A stretch of 64,000 nt of DNA from an uncultured Alphaproteobacteria bacterium (GTDB lineage Bacteria; Pseudomonadota; Alphaproteobacteria; RF32; CAG-239): NCBI GenBank assembly GCA_944390885.1, contig CALXRP010000006.1:2216-66215 (forward strand), in the 5' to 3' direction. Below, in pieces: positions 30,553 through 40,201 of the stretch; the stretch's first letter is position 1, and each line of letters opens with the position of its first letter. Below the pieces are notes generated by a model. The model was not told where the DNA came from. It did not search any database and was given only the letters and a program-made list of their open reading frames with translations. A program made the translations under genes and the position numbers.

Positions 30553-31413
30553 TTGGAGCAGAAAATGACAGATGTTTTAGAAAATATTTCAGCCGGAGGC
30601 TACAGCCTGGTTTCTCAGGGCGGCAGAAATATACTGCTTTCCGGGGACGGAAGCAGTTATGAGCTGACATCTGCCGAAGTATCTTGTATTATGAATGTCC
30701 GAGCCGAGGATTTTCAGGATATTTCTTCAGCCTACAGCCGGGCTTTGTCAGAACTCAAAACGCGCGGTGAAATCTTAAGCCTGGCTGTATCTTCTCATAC
30801 ATTTATCCGGCATAACGAAGCGGTTGTCAGAGAAGTTGACGCCGTGCTGCAGGGCTTTGCCTCTTCGTTTTATGCCTTTATTAAGGACAATCCGCAGAAA
30901 GCGGAACGTTACCTGTCCTCCCTTGAAGACATGATCTATGCGGCAACCCGCGGAGAACCGCTGAAAAAGGGAAATGTTTTCGGCCCGAAGAGTGCCTGGC
31001 AGAAACTTATCAGCCGTTTCCGGAAAAATGCTGCGGAAGAAAATATCCGTAAGCAGGCCAAGAGCTTGTGGCGGAACATTTCCCTTAACCAGGAACTTTA
31101 CAGCGAGTATATTTGCGGCGGCGGTATATCTTTTGACGGCATTGTTGCCGCCTCGGCCGGAAATTGCCGGCATAAGCTGGAATGTCTGCAAAATCAGGAA
31201 GAAAGCTTGGAAACGGCCCGCAGACAAAAAGAGGCTGTTCAGAAAAAGGCCGGAATGTTAGCGATTCAAAATTATCTGGCCGGAAAACTTTATATTGAAA
31301 AAGAAAAAACAGCCGCCATGGCCCCGTCCGGAAATATTATCGACTTTCCACAAGCTGTCCGGGAAATCAAACGTATTGTTCGTGTAGAAGATTTGGTATT
31401 TATGAATGCCTGA
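30553..31413 (+). CDS. Hypothetical protein (286 aa)
   Basis: ORF with terminator downstream; no family recognised. Confidence 0.4.
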   Translation: MEQKMTDVLENISAGGYSLVSQGGRNILLSGDGSSYELTSAEVSCIMNVRAEDFQDISSAYSRALSELKTRGEILSLAVSSHTFIRHNEAVVREVDAVLQGFASSFYAFIKDNPQKAERYLSSLEDMIYAATRGEPLKKGNVFGPKSAWQKLISRFRKNAAEENIRKQAKSLWRNISLNQELYSEYICGGGISFDGIVAASAGNCRHKLECLQNQEESLETARRQKEAVQKKAGMLAIQNYLAGKLYIEKEKTAAMAPSGNIIDFPQAVREIKRIVRVEDLVFMNA

Positions 31414-31433
31414 TCCGAAGATGTCAAAAGGTC

Positions 31434-31462
31434 ACCTTTCCTCACGGAAAGGATTTTTTTTT
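31434..31462 (+). terminator. Rho-independent terminator
   Basis: Stem CCTTTCC / GGAAAGG followed by T9. Confidence 0.65.
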
Positions 31463-31573
31463 GCGCTTCATCGATACGCCGGAAAAAAAGGTTGATTTTC
31501 TCTGCAAATTCTATATACCTGTATATTAGTTAAAAAATCTCAAGATAAAAATCAATAAAAGGTGATATTCAAA

Positions 31574-33046
31574 ATGAGCGATGAAGTTAGCATTCACAGA
31601 CAAGGGCGGCTGAACAAGCTGAATGCCCTGTTAGAAATGGGCTATAATCCGTATCCGTACAAGTTTTCTCCCAATGCCTTTGCCAAAGATCTGCAGGAGA
31701 AATATAAAGATCTGGAAAACGGTGCCCATACGGAAGACCGCGTAACGATTGCCGGCCGCGCCATGGCTGTCCGCAATGACGGCATGTTTATTGACGTGAA
31801 AGACAAAACCGGTACAATTCAGGCATTTTGCCATAAATGCAATCTGGATGAAGCTAACCTGAAACTGCTCAAATGCCTGGATATCGGTGATATGGTCGGC
31901 ATAACCGGTTTTATCCGCCGTACGCCGCGCGGAGAGCTTTCCGTTGCCGCCGAGAAATTTGATATTATTGCAAAATCGCTGGAACCGCTGCCGGAAAAAT
32001 TCCACGGCATGACGGATGTGGAAGCGCGCTATCGTCAGCGTTATGTTGATATGATTATTAATGACGAGGCCAAAGAGGTTTTAATCACCCGTTGCAAGAT
32101 TATTTCCGCCGTTCGCGAATACTTTAACAATAACGGTTTTCTGGAAGTAGAAACCCCAACGCTGCATCCGATTATGGGCGGCGCTTCGGCCAAACCGTTT
32201 ATCACCCATTACAATGCTCTGGATAATGATTTTTATCTGCGCGTTGCTCCGGAACTTTATCTGAAAAAATTGATCGTCGGCGGCATGGATCGCGTTTTTG
32301 AAATCGGCAAAAACTTCCGCAATGAAGGGATTGATAAAAACCATAATCCTGAATTTACCGCTTTGGAAGCCTATATGGCCTATGCCGATTATCATGACGG
32401 AGCCGAGCTGATCTCCGGCGTTATCCGTTATGTTGCCAAACGCGTTTTCGGAAAAGAAGAGTTTCAGGTTGGCGATTATACGATAGATGTTTCAAAACCG
32501 TTTGAAAAAATTTCAATGATTGATTTAATCAAGCGTGAATGCGGGATTAATCTTTTGGATGCCGCAACGGTAGAAGAGGCCAGAGCCATGGCCAAACAGG
32601 CCGGTGTAAACGCTGATGACTGCGATTGCTGGGGCAAGGTCGTTGTGGCCGTATTTGATGAAAAGGTGGAGCATAAGCTGATCCAACCGATACATGTTAT
32701 GGATATGCCGCGCGACGTTTCTCCCTTGGCCAAAACGCACCGTTCCGAACCGCGCCTGGTTGAGCATTTTGATACTTATATTGCCGGAATGGAAGTCGGC
32801 TGCTCATATTCCGAGCTGTCCAATCCGCTGGAACAACGGGAGCGTTTTGAGGCTCAGGTCAAAGCCCGTGAAAACGGTGATGATGAAGCCCAGATGATGG
32901 ATGAGAGTTTCTTGGACGCGCTGGATCACGGTTTTGTTCCGACAACCGGTTTGGGAATGGGGATGGACCGCCTGGCTAAGATAATGACCAACTCGGCAAC
33001 GCTGCGGGATGTAATCTTATTCCCGACCCTGCGGCCTAAAAAATAA
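31574..33046 (+). CDS. lysS: Lysine--tRNA ligase, class II
   Basis: N-terminal OB anticodon-binding domain. Class II motifs 2 and 3 (..FRNEGID..HNPEFT.LE, ..GLGMGMDRL.MI.T) and FEIGKNFRNE. Confidence 0.9.
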   Translation: MSDEVSIHRQGRLNKLNALLEMGYNPYPYKFSPNAFAKDLQEKYKDLENGAHTEDRVTIAGRAMAVRNDGMFIDVKDKTGTIQAFCHKCNLDEANLKLLKCLDIGDMVGITGFIRRTPRGELSVAAEKFDIIAKSLEPLPEKFHGMTDVEARYRQRYVDMIINDEAKEVLITRCKIISAVREYFNNNGFLEVETPTLHPIMGGASAKPFITHYNALDNDFYLRVAPELYLKKLIVGGMDRVFEIGKNFRNEGIDKNHNPEFTALEAYMAYADYHDGAELISGVIRYVAKRVFGKEEFQVGDYTIDVSKPFEKISMIDLIKRECGINLLDAATVEEARAMAKQAGVNADDCDCWGKVVVAVFDEKVEHKLIQPIHVMDMPRDVSPLAKTHRSEPRLVEHFDTYIAGMEVGCSYSELSNPLEQRERFEAQVKARENGDDEAQMMDESFLDALDHGFVPTTGLGMGMDRLAKIMTNSATLRDVILFPTLRPKK

Positions 33047-33053
33047 GAAAATA

Positions 33054-33117
33054 AAAATCCCGGAATTTTGAACTGTTCCCCGAAAGTTGAACAGTTCATT
33101 TTTCGGGATTTTTTTTG
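33054..33117 (+). terminator. Compound rho-independent terminator after lysS
   Basis: Outer stem AAAATCCCGGAA / TTCGGGATTTT enclosing inner hairpin GAACTGTTC..GAACAGTTC, followed by T8. Confidence 0.65.
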
Positions 33118-33470
33118 TTTATTAAAAATAGAATCGAAAGTTGTAAAAAGCAAAAAAGAACATTTCGAATCGATATTTATTATAAAAATTGCCAAATTAT
33201 TTTTAATAATACCTTCCGAAAACAGTTAAAAATTTGTTTTGTCTCAAAAATATGTCTCATAAAAATAAAAGGTGTAAAAGTGGCCGGATTCTAAAGAAAA
33301 TAGCCATTTTTTTGAGATAAGACATGTATAGATATGTATATTTTTGATATATTACAAGCTAAGGTTTAAAAAAGATGTTGATTTTTGAAAATTTTTATAA
33401 TATAGTCCATTTGTCTATATTATTGTATAAAAGTTAAAAAAATGATAATTTTAATTTGAAAGATTAATAA

Positions 33471-34373
33471 ATGCTCAGCAAAAAAGAAATGGCTGCTTTT
33501 AACGCTTTATATTATCTTTATGCAATATCAATAAACCACTCCAAAAGAGAAGTTGCTGATTTGCTTGGCACTTCTGTCGACACCATCAACAAATATATCT
33601 CTGATCTTGAATATGAACTCGGTGTTACCCTCCTGAACAGCAACGGCAGAGGAACAGCCCTCACGCCGGAAGGAATTTTTTATGTTAAGGCAGCAGAAAA
33701 TATTGTTAATGCTTTGCGCAGACTCACAACGGGAGAAAGATATTCTCCTGCTGATAGCCAGACGATTAAAATTTCTATGCCGGATACAATTTCCTGCGAT
33801 TTTGGTGAAAAAAGCATCAAGACCTTTATGGAAAAACATCCCGACATAAATATCATAACAGAAATAGAAGATTGCCCGGATGTCAAAGCGGATATCTGCC
33901 TTTCAGTAGAGCGTCCGAAAGATGACAGTTGGGTGAGCGTTGCAGAAAAGAATATTTTCTGCGGCTTATATGCTTCTCGCCTTTATTTGAAAAAACACGG
34001 AATGCCGAAAGATTACGGCGACTTGATAAACAGTCATCGCATTTGCAGCAGAAATTCAAGCGAAAATTTCATTCCGGGGTGGGGAGAAGTATTAAGGACT
34101 TCTCCCTTCGTCGTTTTACGGCACAATTCTGTCTTTGCCCATTATTCGGCAATTAAAAACGGTATCGGAATTGGCATCTGTTCTCAAAATTATGCGTGTA
34201 ATGATTTGGTAAAGATCAAAACCGTTACAGACTTTGATACAACTTACAAAATATATTTAAGCGCTCGTAAAGATGTCATGGAAACACCTCAGATAAAAGC
34301 CTTTCTCGAATTTTCGAAAGGCTTTTTTAACGGCGAAAAAAACTCGGAAAATAGCAAAAAAAACAAAAAATGA
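33471..34373 (+). CDS. LysR-type transcriptional regulator
   Basis: N-terminal HTH (..LGTSVDTINKYISDLEYELGVTLLNSNGRGTALTPEG) and a C-terminal substrate-binding domain. Gene and its ~350-nt upstream region are markedly AT-rich. Confidence 0.75.
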   Translation: MLSKKEMAAFNALYYLYAISINHSKREVADLLGTSVDTINKYISDLEYELGVTLLNSNGRGTALTPEGIFYVKAAENIVNALRRLTTGERYSPADSQTIKISMPDTISCDFGEKSIKTFMEKHPDINIITEIEDCPDVKADICLSVERPKDDSWVSVAEKNIFCGLYASRLYLKKHGMPKDYGDLINSHRICSRNSSENFIPGWGEVLRTSPFVVLRHNSVFAHYSAIKNGIGIGICSQNYACNDLVKIKTVTDFDTTYKIYLSARKDVMETPQIKAFLEFSKGFFNGEKNSENSKKNKK

Positions 34374-34446
34374 ACTGTGAGTAATTATTTTTTTTGTTGG
34401 TAAAATCCGGCGGTTTAAGACAATATAAAACATATACGATTTTATT

Positions 34447-34887
34447 TTGGAGGAGAATAAAATGGAACTCGAGCTTTGGCAATCTCTTTCAATCGCCGGT
34501 CTGGTGCTTTTGATTGTAGAAATCTTAACGCCGACGATGTTTTTCTTAAATTTGGCGCTGGCCTGTTTTGTCACGGCCGGCGTTTCCGTATACTTTTCGG
34601 AGCTGAATATTTTGGTTCCGGTCTGGGTTGTGGCCTCGGCCGTATTTTTGTTCTTGTTAAAACCGTTGCAAAAGCGCAATAAAATCAGCGCCGGAACGGG
34701 AATGGACAAATACGTCGGGCAAAAAGCGCAGGTGATTGAAAAAATAGACGGCGATGGCGGTGTTATTTCGGTTTTTGACGAGCGATGGAATGCCCGCAGC
34801 GAAAACGGAGAAGAGTTTGATGTCGGAAGCAAAGTTTATATTGTTCGCAATGAAAATTTAACAATGTTTGTAAGAAAGGAAAAATAA
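34447..34887 (+). CDS. NfeD-like membrane protein (stomatin-operon partner)
   Basis: Hydrophobic N-terminal segments and a C-terminal OB-like domain. Immediately precedes the SPFH gene (2-nt gap). Confidence 0.65.
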   Translation: MEENKMELELWQSLSIAGLVLLIVEILTPTMFFLNLALACFVTAGVSVYFSELNILVPVWVVASAVFLFLLKPLQKRNKISAGTGMDKYVGQKAQVIEKIDGDGGVISVFDERWNARSENGEEFDVGSKVYIVRNENLTMFVRKEK

Positions 34888-34888
34888 A

Positions 34889-35881
34889 ATGGTCGTATGG
34901 TGGATATTGATTGCACTTGTTGTAATATATGTTTTGAAAGGGATTATCATTATTCAACAAGCCGAAGCCGTAATTGTGGAAAGGCTCGGAAAATTTGAAA
35001 AAGAACTCTCTCCGGGCTTAAACTTTATTTTTCCGATCTTGGAAGCACCGCGCGCAATTTCCTGGAAAATAACCCAAAAGCTTCCGAACGGTGAGAGTTA
35101 TTCTTATATCAAAGACCGTGTAAAAATAGATCTGCGTGAGTCGGTTTATGACTTTCCCCGTCAGAATGTGATTACCAAAGACAATGTTACAATCAGCATT
35201 AATGCCTTGTTGTATTTTCAGATTGTCAATGCCAAAAGTGCAGTTTATGAAATTCAGAACCTGCCGGAAGCAATTGAAAAACTGACGCAGACCACGTTGC
35301 GTAATTTGGTCGGTGCAATTGATCTTGATGAAACGCTGGTTTCAAGAGACAAAATCAATCATGAGCTGCGTGCTATTTTGGATGAAGCCACCAACAAATG
35401 GGGGGTTAAGGTCAACCGTGTCGAGCTGCAGGATATTATTCCGCCGGCAGACATTCAACAGGCTATGGAAAAACAAATGAAAGCCGAGAGAGAACGCCGC
35501 GCTGCCATTTTGGAAGCTGAAGGTCTTAAAAAATCGGCCATTTTGAAAGCCGAAGGTCAGAAAGAGGCCGAAATCAACCGTGCGGAAGGTGAGAAACAAT
35601 CTGCAATTTTAAGGGCAGAAGGTTCGGCGGAAGCCCGGATCAAAAATGCCAACGCTGAAGCCGAAGCAATCCGCGCCGTCAGCGATGCCATCGCCTCTAA
35701 TGGGCAACCCGATAAATACCTGATTGCAATGAAGTATCTTGAAACCCTGAAGTCCATTACCGAAGGCGAAAACAATAAGGTAGTCTATATGCCTTATGAG
35801 GCAACCGGCATCTTGAGCTCCATTGACGGTATCAAACAAATGCTGGAAAGCAGCGGAAAAGCTTCTAAAAAATCTGCATAA
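34889..35881 (+). CDS. SPFH/band-7 (stomatin/prohibitin-family) protein
   Basis: N-terminal TM. Band-7 core (IIIQQAEAVIVERLGKF..LSPGLNFIFP, ..ITKDNV.I.INA.LYFQIV....AVYE) and a C-terminal coiled-coil region rich in E/A/K repeats. Confidence 0.85.
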   Translation: MVVWWILIALVVIYVLKGIIIIQQAEAVIVERLGKFEKELSPGLNFIFPILEAPRAISWKITQKLPNGESYSYIKDRVKIDLRESVYDFPRQNVITKDNVTISINALLYFQIVNAKSAVYEIQNLPEAIEKLTQTTLRNLVGAIDLDETLVSRDKINHELRAILDEATNKWGVKVNRVELQDIIPPADIQQAMEKQMKAERERRAAILEAEGLKKSAILKAEGQKEAEINRAEGEKQSAILRAEGSAEARIKNANAEAEAIRAVSDAIASNGQPDKYLIAMKYLETLKSITEGENNKVVYMPYEATGILSSIDGIKQMLESSGKASKKSA

Positions 35882-35887
35882 AGAGCA

Positions 35888-35922
35888 ATAAAAAAGGCCT
35901 TCATCAAGAAGGCCTTTTTGTT
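35888..35922. terminator. Bidirectional rho-independent terminator
   Basis: Stem GGCCTTC / GAAGGCC with loop ATCAA, flanked by an A-run and a T-run. Confidence 0.7.
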
Positions 35923-35925
35923 GTC

Positions 35926-36435
35926 TTAAAAAATGCTTCTTTGGTAGGTTGGAAGTTTGATTGTATCAAAGTCAACCACATTGCTTCCCATGACCAGAGG
36001 AGACATGCTGATAGTAAGACTTTGCTTGTAAAATTGATTATTAAAGTCAAACTTCAGATATGTAATTCCTTCATACCAGGCCGCTTCGGCCACATCACGC
36101 AACATATCGGTTTTCTCCAGTTTGTCTTTTTTCAAAACGCCCGGAATGCAGACATAAACGTCTTTATGGTCTTTTAGAGCCACCGGTTTACAAGACATAA
36201 AATGTTTGTCTTCGTCATAAACGATAGTAAAACGGCCGTCTTTATGCTCTTCATCAGGGTTTATTTTGATGATATTGATATTTCCGGAGAAAATATCCTG
36301 CCGATCAGCTTGTTTTTCCGGATGCCACAAACCGTAAATGTCATTGTGGGACTGATAGTAACAATAAGCTCCGACGGCAGCACCGGCAATCATAACGGCC
36401 GCAGCGGCGGAAACAAATAAAGCAGACTTTTTCAT
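35926..36435 (-). CDS. Membrane-anchored/secreted hypothetical protein (169 aa)
   Basis: N-terminal hydrophobic signal/anchor MKKSALFVSAAAAVMIAGAAVGA. Confidence 0.45.
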   Translation of the reverse strand: MKKSALFVSAAAAVMIAGAAVGAYCYYQSHNDIYGLWHPEKQADRQDIFSGNINIIKINPDEEHKDGRFTIVYDEDKHFMSCKPVALKDHKDVYVCIPGVLKKDKLEKTDMLRDVAEAAWYEGITYLKFDFNNQFYKQSLTISMSPLVMGSNVVDFDTIKLPTYQRSIF

Positions 36436-36514
36436 AACTTTTTCCTGACAGTTAATTGCGATGGTTGTATTTTGCCAAATTCTAATATTATAATCAAGTC
36501 AATTTTTACAATTT

Positions 36515-37939
36515 CTACTCTGCCGGCGTAGAGGTATGGAGCGGCGACGGACAATGACGGTCCGAAATTTTCAGCTTGTTGCCGAGCCACTTCATCTGGT
36601 TATGCCAATATTTGCCTTTTAGTTTCTTGATGGTCAGCCAGTAACCGATATCAACCACTAAAGCGCCGCCGACCCAGGCAATCGGGCTGGCATAACAAAT
36701 GCCGATATAGCCGTATTGCCTTGCCAGATAAACGGCAGCCAGCGCCCGCATAACCAACTCGACAATACTGGCCAGCAGCGGAATTTTGGCTCTTCCCATT
36801 CCTTGCAGGGCATTTCGGAAAATAAAAATCTGCCCGAGAAAGAAATAGAATAAGGTCGAAATATTTAAATAATCCTTGGCCGTGTCGATAATGTTGGCAT
36901 TCTCCCCGTCAATAAAAATCTGGATCATATTTTCTCCGCCGTACCGTACAAACAGAGCCATGAAAATGCTGAAAACAAGGGATATGATTGAACAAATAAA
37001 AACGCCCCGTCGAATGCGTCCGATCATGCCGGCACCGAAATTTTGGGCAGAAAAAGTCGCCACTGCCAGTCCGATAGCCACCAGGGGCTGGGTCGCCAGT
37101 TGTTCAATTCTCAAAGCAGAGGTAAAGGCGGCAATCACTTCCGGCCCGAAAGAGTTGCAAACGCTCTGAATAATCATAACGCCGAAAGCAATAATGGAAA
37201 ACTGTATGGACATTGGAATAGCAATATCCAAATGTTTCTTAAATATGGCACCGTCAAGTTTCCAGTCTTTTCTTGTTAAGTGAAGGATCGGAAATTTCTT
37301 GCCGATAAAAACAATGCAGGCAATAACGGAAATTGAAATGGCAACCACAGTTCCCAGAGCCGAACCGACAACGCCCATTTTAAATACATAAATAAAAAGC
37401 AGGTTAAGAAAAATATTCAAAACGGAAGAAAAAATCAAAAAGTATAACGGCGTCCTGCTGTCGCCTAATGCCCGCATAAAAAAGGAGAGCAGGTTATATC
37501 CGACAATCAGCACCAGTCCGGCGCATAAAACGCGAATAAATTTAAGCGCTTCCGGCATAATCTCTTGCGGAACGTTCATAATCTGAAGAAGTTCTTTCAT
37601 ATAAAAAAACATAAAGAGGGTCATGACCAGACTGAGCACCATACTGGCAACCAGACTGTGAACAACCGATTTCCGCACGCCGTCTTCATTTTTGGCCCCG
37701 AACTCCTGCGCGGTAATCACTGTCAAGCCGCCGGTAAAGCCCAGAATAACCAATAACAAAACAAAATAGAGCGGAGCTGACGCGCCGACTGCGGCCAAAG
37801 CATTAACGCCGATTAATCTGCCAACAATGATAATGTCGGAAATATTGTATAACTGCTGAAAAATATTTCCGATTAACAAAGGAATGGAAAATTTAACAAT
37901 AAGCTTGGCCGGGTTGCCCGACGTCATATCCTGAATCAT
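36515..37939 (-). CDS. MATE-family multidrug/oligosaccharidyl-lipid efflux transporter
   Basis: 12 predicted TM helices. MATE N-terminal signature (..LIVKFSIPLLIGNIFQQLYNISDIIIVGRLIG). Probable start at internal Met (MIQDMTSG) rather than at nt 38035. Confidence 0.75.
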   Translation of the reverse strand: MIQDMTSGNPAKLIVKFSIPLLIGNIFQQLYNISDIIIVGRLIGVNALAAVGASAPLYFVLLLVILGFTGGLTVITAQEFGAKNEDGVRKSVVHSLVASMVLSLVMTLFMFFYMKELLQIMNVPQEIMPEALKFIRVLCAGLVLIVGYNLLSFFMRALGDSRTPLYFLIFSSVLNIFLNLLFIYVFKMGVVGSALGTVVAISISVIACIVFIGKKFPILHLTRKDWKLDGAIFKKHLDIAIPMSIQFSIIAFGVMIIQSVCNSFGPEVIAAFTSALRIEQLATQPLVAIGLAVATFSAQNFGAGMIGRIRRGVFICSIISLVFSIFMALFVRYGGENMIQIFIDGENANIIDTAKDYLNISTLFYFFLGQIFIFRNALQGMGRAKIPLLASIVELVMRALAAVYLARQYGYIGICYASPIAWVGGALVVDIGYWLTIKKLKGKYWHNQMKWLGNKLKISDRHCPSPLHTSTPAE

Positions 37940-38083
37940 ATTCGTCCCCTTTTGCAAACGAACGGAATGTATATCACCATCGCAGAAATGTAAAGGGCAA
38001 ATGATAAAAATTTGGTGAATATCTTGGAAAAACATTAAATTATAATTATATAAATATCAGAACAGGTTAAAAAGGAGAAAATT

Positions 38084-38623
38084 ATGGTCATAAAAGAAAC
38101 GGAAATCAAAAAAACGGCCGGTATCTGGCATTTAATCGCCGGGATTTTAATGGCCGTGCTCGGTGTGTTCATCTGGCTGAACCCGGCGGCAACCCTGATG
38201 GCGCTTGCCCTTTATATCGGCATTGTATTTATTATCGTCGGGGCAGGATATTTTGCCGCGTCTTTTTCTTTTCGCTCTGGATGGTATTTGCTGGTCGGGC
38301 TTCTTGATATTTTGGTCGGGATAATCTTTGTCAGCAATTTGGGCGTCAGTGCGGCCAGCCTGCCGATTATTTTTGCGGTTTGGTGCCTGGCGGTCGGAGC
38401 GGTTCAGGTTGCCTCGGCTTTTCAGTTACGCTCGGCAGGATTCCCCTGGAGTTGGACATTGGGAGCCGGTATTCTCGGAATTCTGTTCGGCTTTCTGATT
38501 TTGGCTTATCCGGCACTCGGTGCTTTGACGATTACCGCGTTGATGGGAGCCTATGTTGCGCTTTATGGCATTGTGGAAATTATAGAATTCTACTTTACCA
38601 GAAAGTTTCTTGCCGGAATATAA
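38084..38623 (+). CDS. HdeD-family (DUF308) acid-resistance-type membrane protein
   Basis: Six short TM repeats with the HdeD-like pattern (..GILMAVLGVFIWLNP....ALALYIGIVFIIVG..). Confidence 0.6.
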   Translation: MVIKETEIKKTAGIWHLIAGILMAVLGVFIWLNPAATLMALALYIGIVFIIVGAGYFAASFSFRSGWYLLVGLLDILVGIIFVSNLGVSAASLPIIFAVWCLAVGAVQVASAFQLRSAGFPWSWTLGAGILGILFGFLILAYPALGALTITALMGAYVALYGIVEIIEFYFTRKFLAGI

Positions 38624-38626
38624 TTA

Positions 38627-38660
38627 AAAAAGCGGTTCTGAAAAGAGCCGCTTTTTTTTA
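38627..38660. terminator. Bidirectional rho-independent terminator
   Basis: Stem AGCGGTTCT / AGAGCCGCT with loop GAAA, flanked by an A-run and T8. Confidence 0.65.
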
Positions 38661-38754
38661 TGACCGGATTTCATCTCGATACCGTCGGGAATCATCCGTC
38701 GGATTCCATATCGGAAACAACAATGCAGTCATAAGAGCTAAAACGGAAGAAAGT

Positions 38755-40098
38755 TTACTCTTCTTCGTTTTTGTCTTTTTGCTTTTCTCGAATTTTCAAT
38801 TGGGTTTTTACCCGGGTAATCCGCATATTTTCAAGCCCGAGAACTTCATAAACGCAATATTCGTCTTCGGCAATGTCGCCGATTTTCGGCTCTCTTCCGA
38901 GTAGGCCGAAGACATAGCCGCCGATGGTGCTTTCCTCATGTTCGCATTCCGGCAGGTTCATACATTCAAATGCGTCTTCTATCAGAACCAGTCCGTCAAA
39001 CTCACAGGTCTTGTCGTCAAGTTTTTTGACCGGCTCCTCTTTGGGCACGTCATGCTCATCCTGAATTTCGCCGACCAGTTCTTCCAAAATATCTTCCATT
39101 GAAAGCAGACCGGCTGTTCCGCCATATTCATCCACCACAATCGCCAGATGGATGCCTTTAGTCATCATCTGGTGCAAAATTTCGGAGATGGATTTGTTTT
39201 CCGGCACAAACAAAATATCACGGCAGATTTTCTTCTGAATATCCTTGTCATGTCCTTCATCATAATGCTCAAGCAAATCGCGGATATGCACCATTCCGAC
39301 AATATGATCCTTGTCTTTGTCGCAAAGGGGATACCGTGTATGGCGGTTTTGCTTGACAAAGCTGATCATCTCATCAAAGCTGCAGCCTTTGTAAAGGCAT
39401 TTCATGTCCTGCCGCGGAATCATAATCTCATGAGCACAGATTTCGGAAAAATAAATGGCGTTTTGAATGATTTCGCCCTCTGTATCGTCAATAATACCGT
39501 CTTTTTGCGAGGCGTCGATAATCAGTTTGATTTCTTCTTCGGAGTGAGCCTCATCCGTTTCATTGGTAACTTTAACGCCCATAATCTTCAAAATCAAAGC
39601 GGTAACATGGTCAAACACCCAGATAAACGGAGAAAAAATCATGTTAAAACGATAAAGGGTATTGGCAATACACAAAACATATTTTTCGGTATGAATAATA
39701 GCCAGAGATTTCGGCACCAACTCGCCGAGCACAACGTGCAGCAACGTAATCAGCGAAAAGGCAATACCAAAGCTGAGGGAATGGAGCAAGATTTTGTTAT
39801 CGGCAAAAAAGCCGCCGGCCAAGTCTTCAATCAGGCGGGAAACCGCTGGTTCGCCAATCCAGCCCAGTCCGAGGGAAGCCAGCGTAATGCCGAGCTGAAT
39901 AGCACTGAGATAAGTGTTCAAGCGTTCGGTGATTTTTAGGGCCGTAACGGCACGTTTGTCACCGGCGTGAGCCAGTTCCTCAAGTTTTGTACGACGGATT
40001 TTAACGATTGCAAATTCAGAAACAACAAAGAAAGCATTGGCAAATACCAGAAAAAACACCAACGCAATATTAATAATATAAATATAAGCAGGATTCAT
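38755..40098 (-). CDS. CNNM/CorC/HlyC-family transporter (DUF21 + CBS pair + CorC_HlyC domain)
   Basis: N-terminal 4-TM DUF21, tandem CBS motifs (..HEIMIPRQDM.., ..VGMVHIRDLL..) and a C-terminal transporter-associated domain (..VLIEDAFECMNLPE..GGYVFGLLGREPKIGD..). Confidence 0.85.
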   Translation of the reverse strand: MNPAYIYIINIALVFFLVFANAFFVVSEFAIVKIRRTKLEELAHAGDKRAVTALKITERLNTYLSAIQLGITLASLGLGWIGEPAVSRLIEDLAGGFFADNKILLHSLSFGIAFSLITLLHVVLGELVPKSLAIIHTEKYVLCIANTLYRFNMIFSPFIWVFDHVTALILKIMGVKVTNETDEAHSEEEIKLIIDASQKDGIIDDTEGEIIQNAIYFSEICAHEIMIPRQDMKCLYKGCSFDEMISFVKQNRHTRYPLCDKDKDHIVGMVHIRDLLEHYDEGHDKDIQKKICRDILFVPENKSISEILHQMMTKGIHLAIVVDEYGGTAGLLSMEDILEELVGEIQDEHDVPKEEPVKKLDDKTCEFDGLVLIEDAFECMNLPECEHEESTIGGYVFGLLGREPKIGDIAEDEYCVYEVLGLENMRITRVKTQLKIREKQKDKNEEE

Positions 40099-40201
40099 AG
40101 TTGTTTAATTTTAGGACCTCTGTAACTATTAATGAATGACGCATTCTATCGTGTAATCAAACCGTTGTCAATGCCGCATATGTTATCTTCTGCGTAAAAC
40201 G

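Noticed and set aside
39148-39939. 263-aa plus-strand ORF antisense to the CNNM/CorC gene
   Set aside because: The opposite strand encodes DUF21/CBS/CorC motifs. This frame has no recognisable features.
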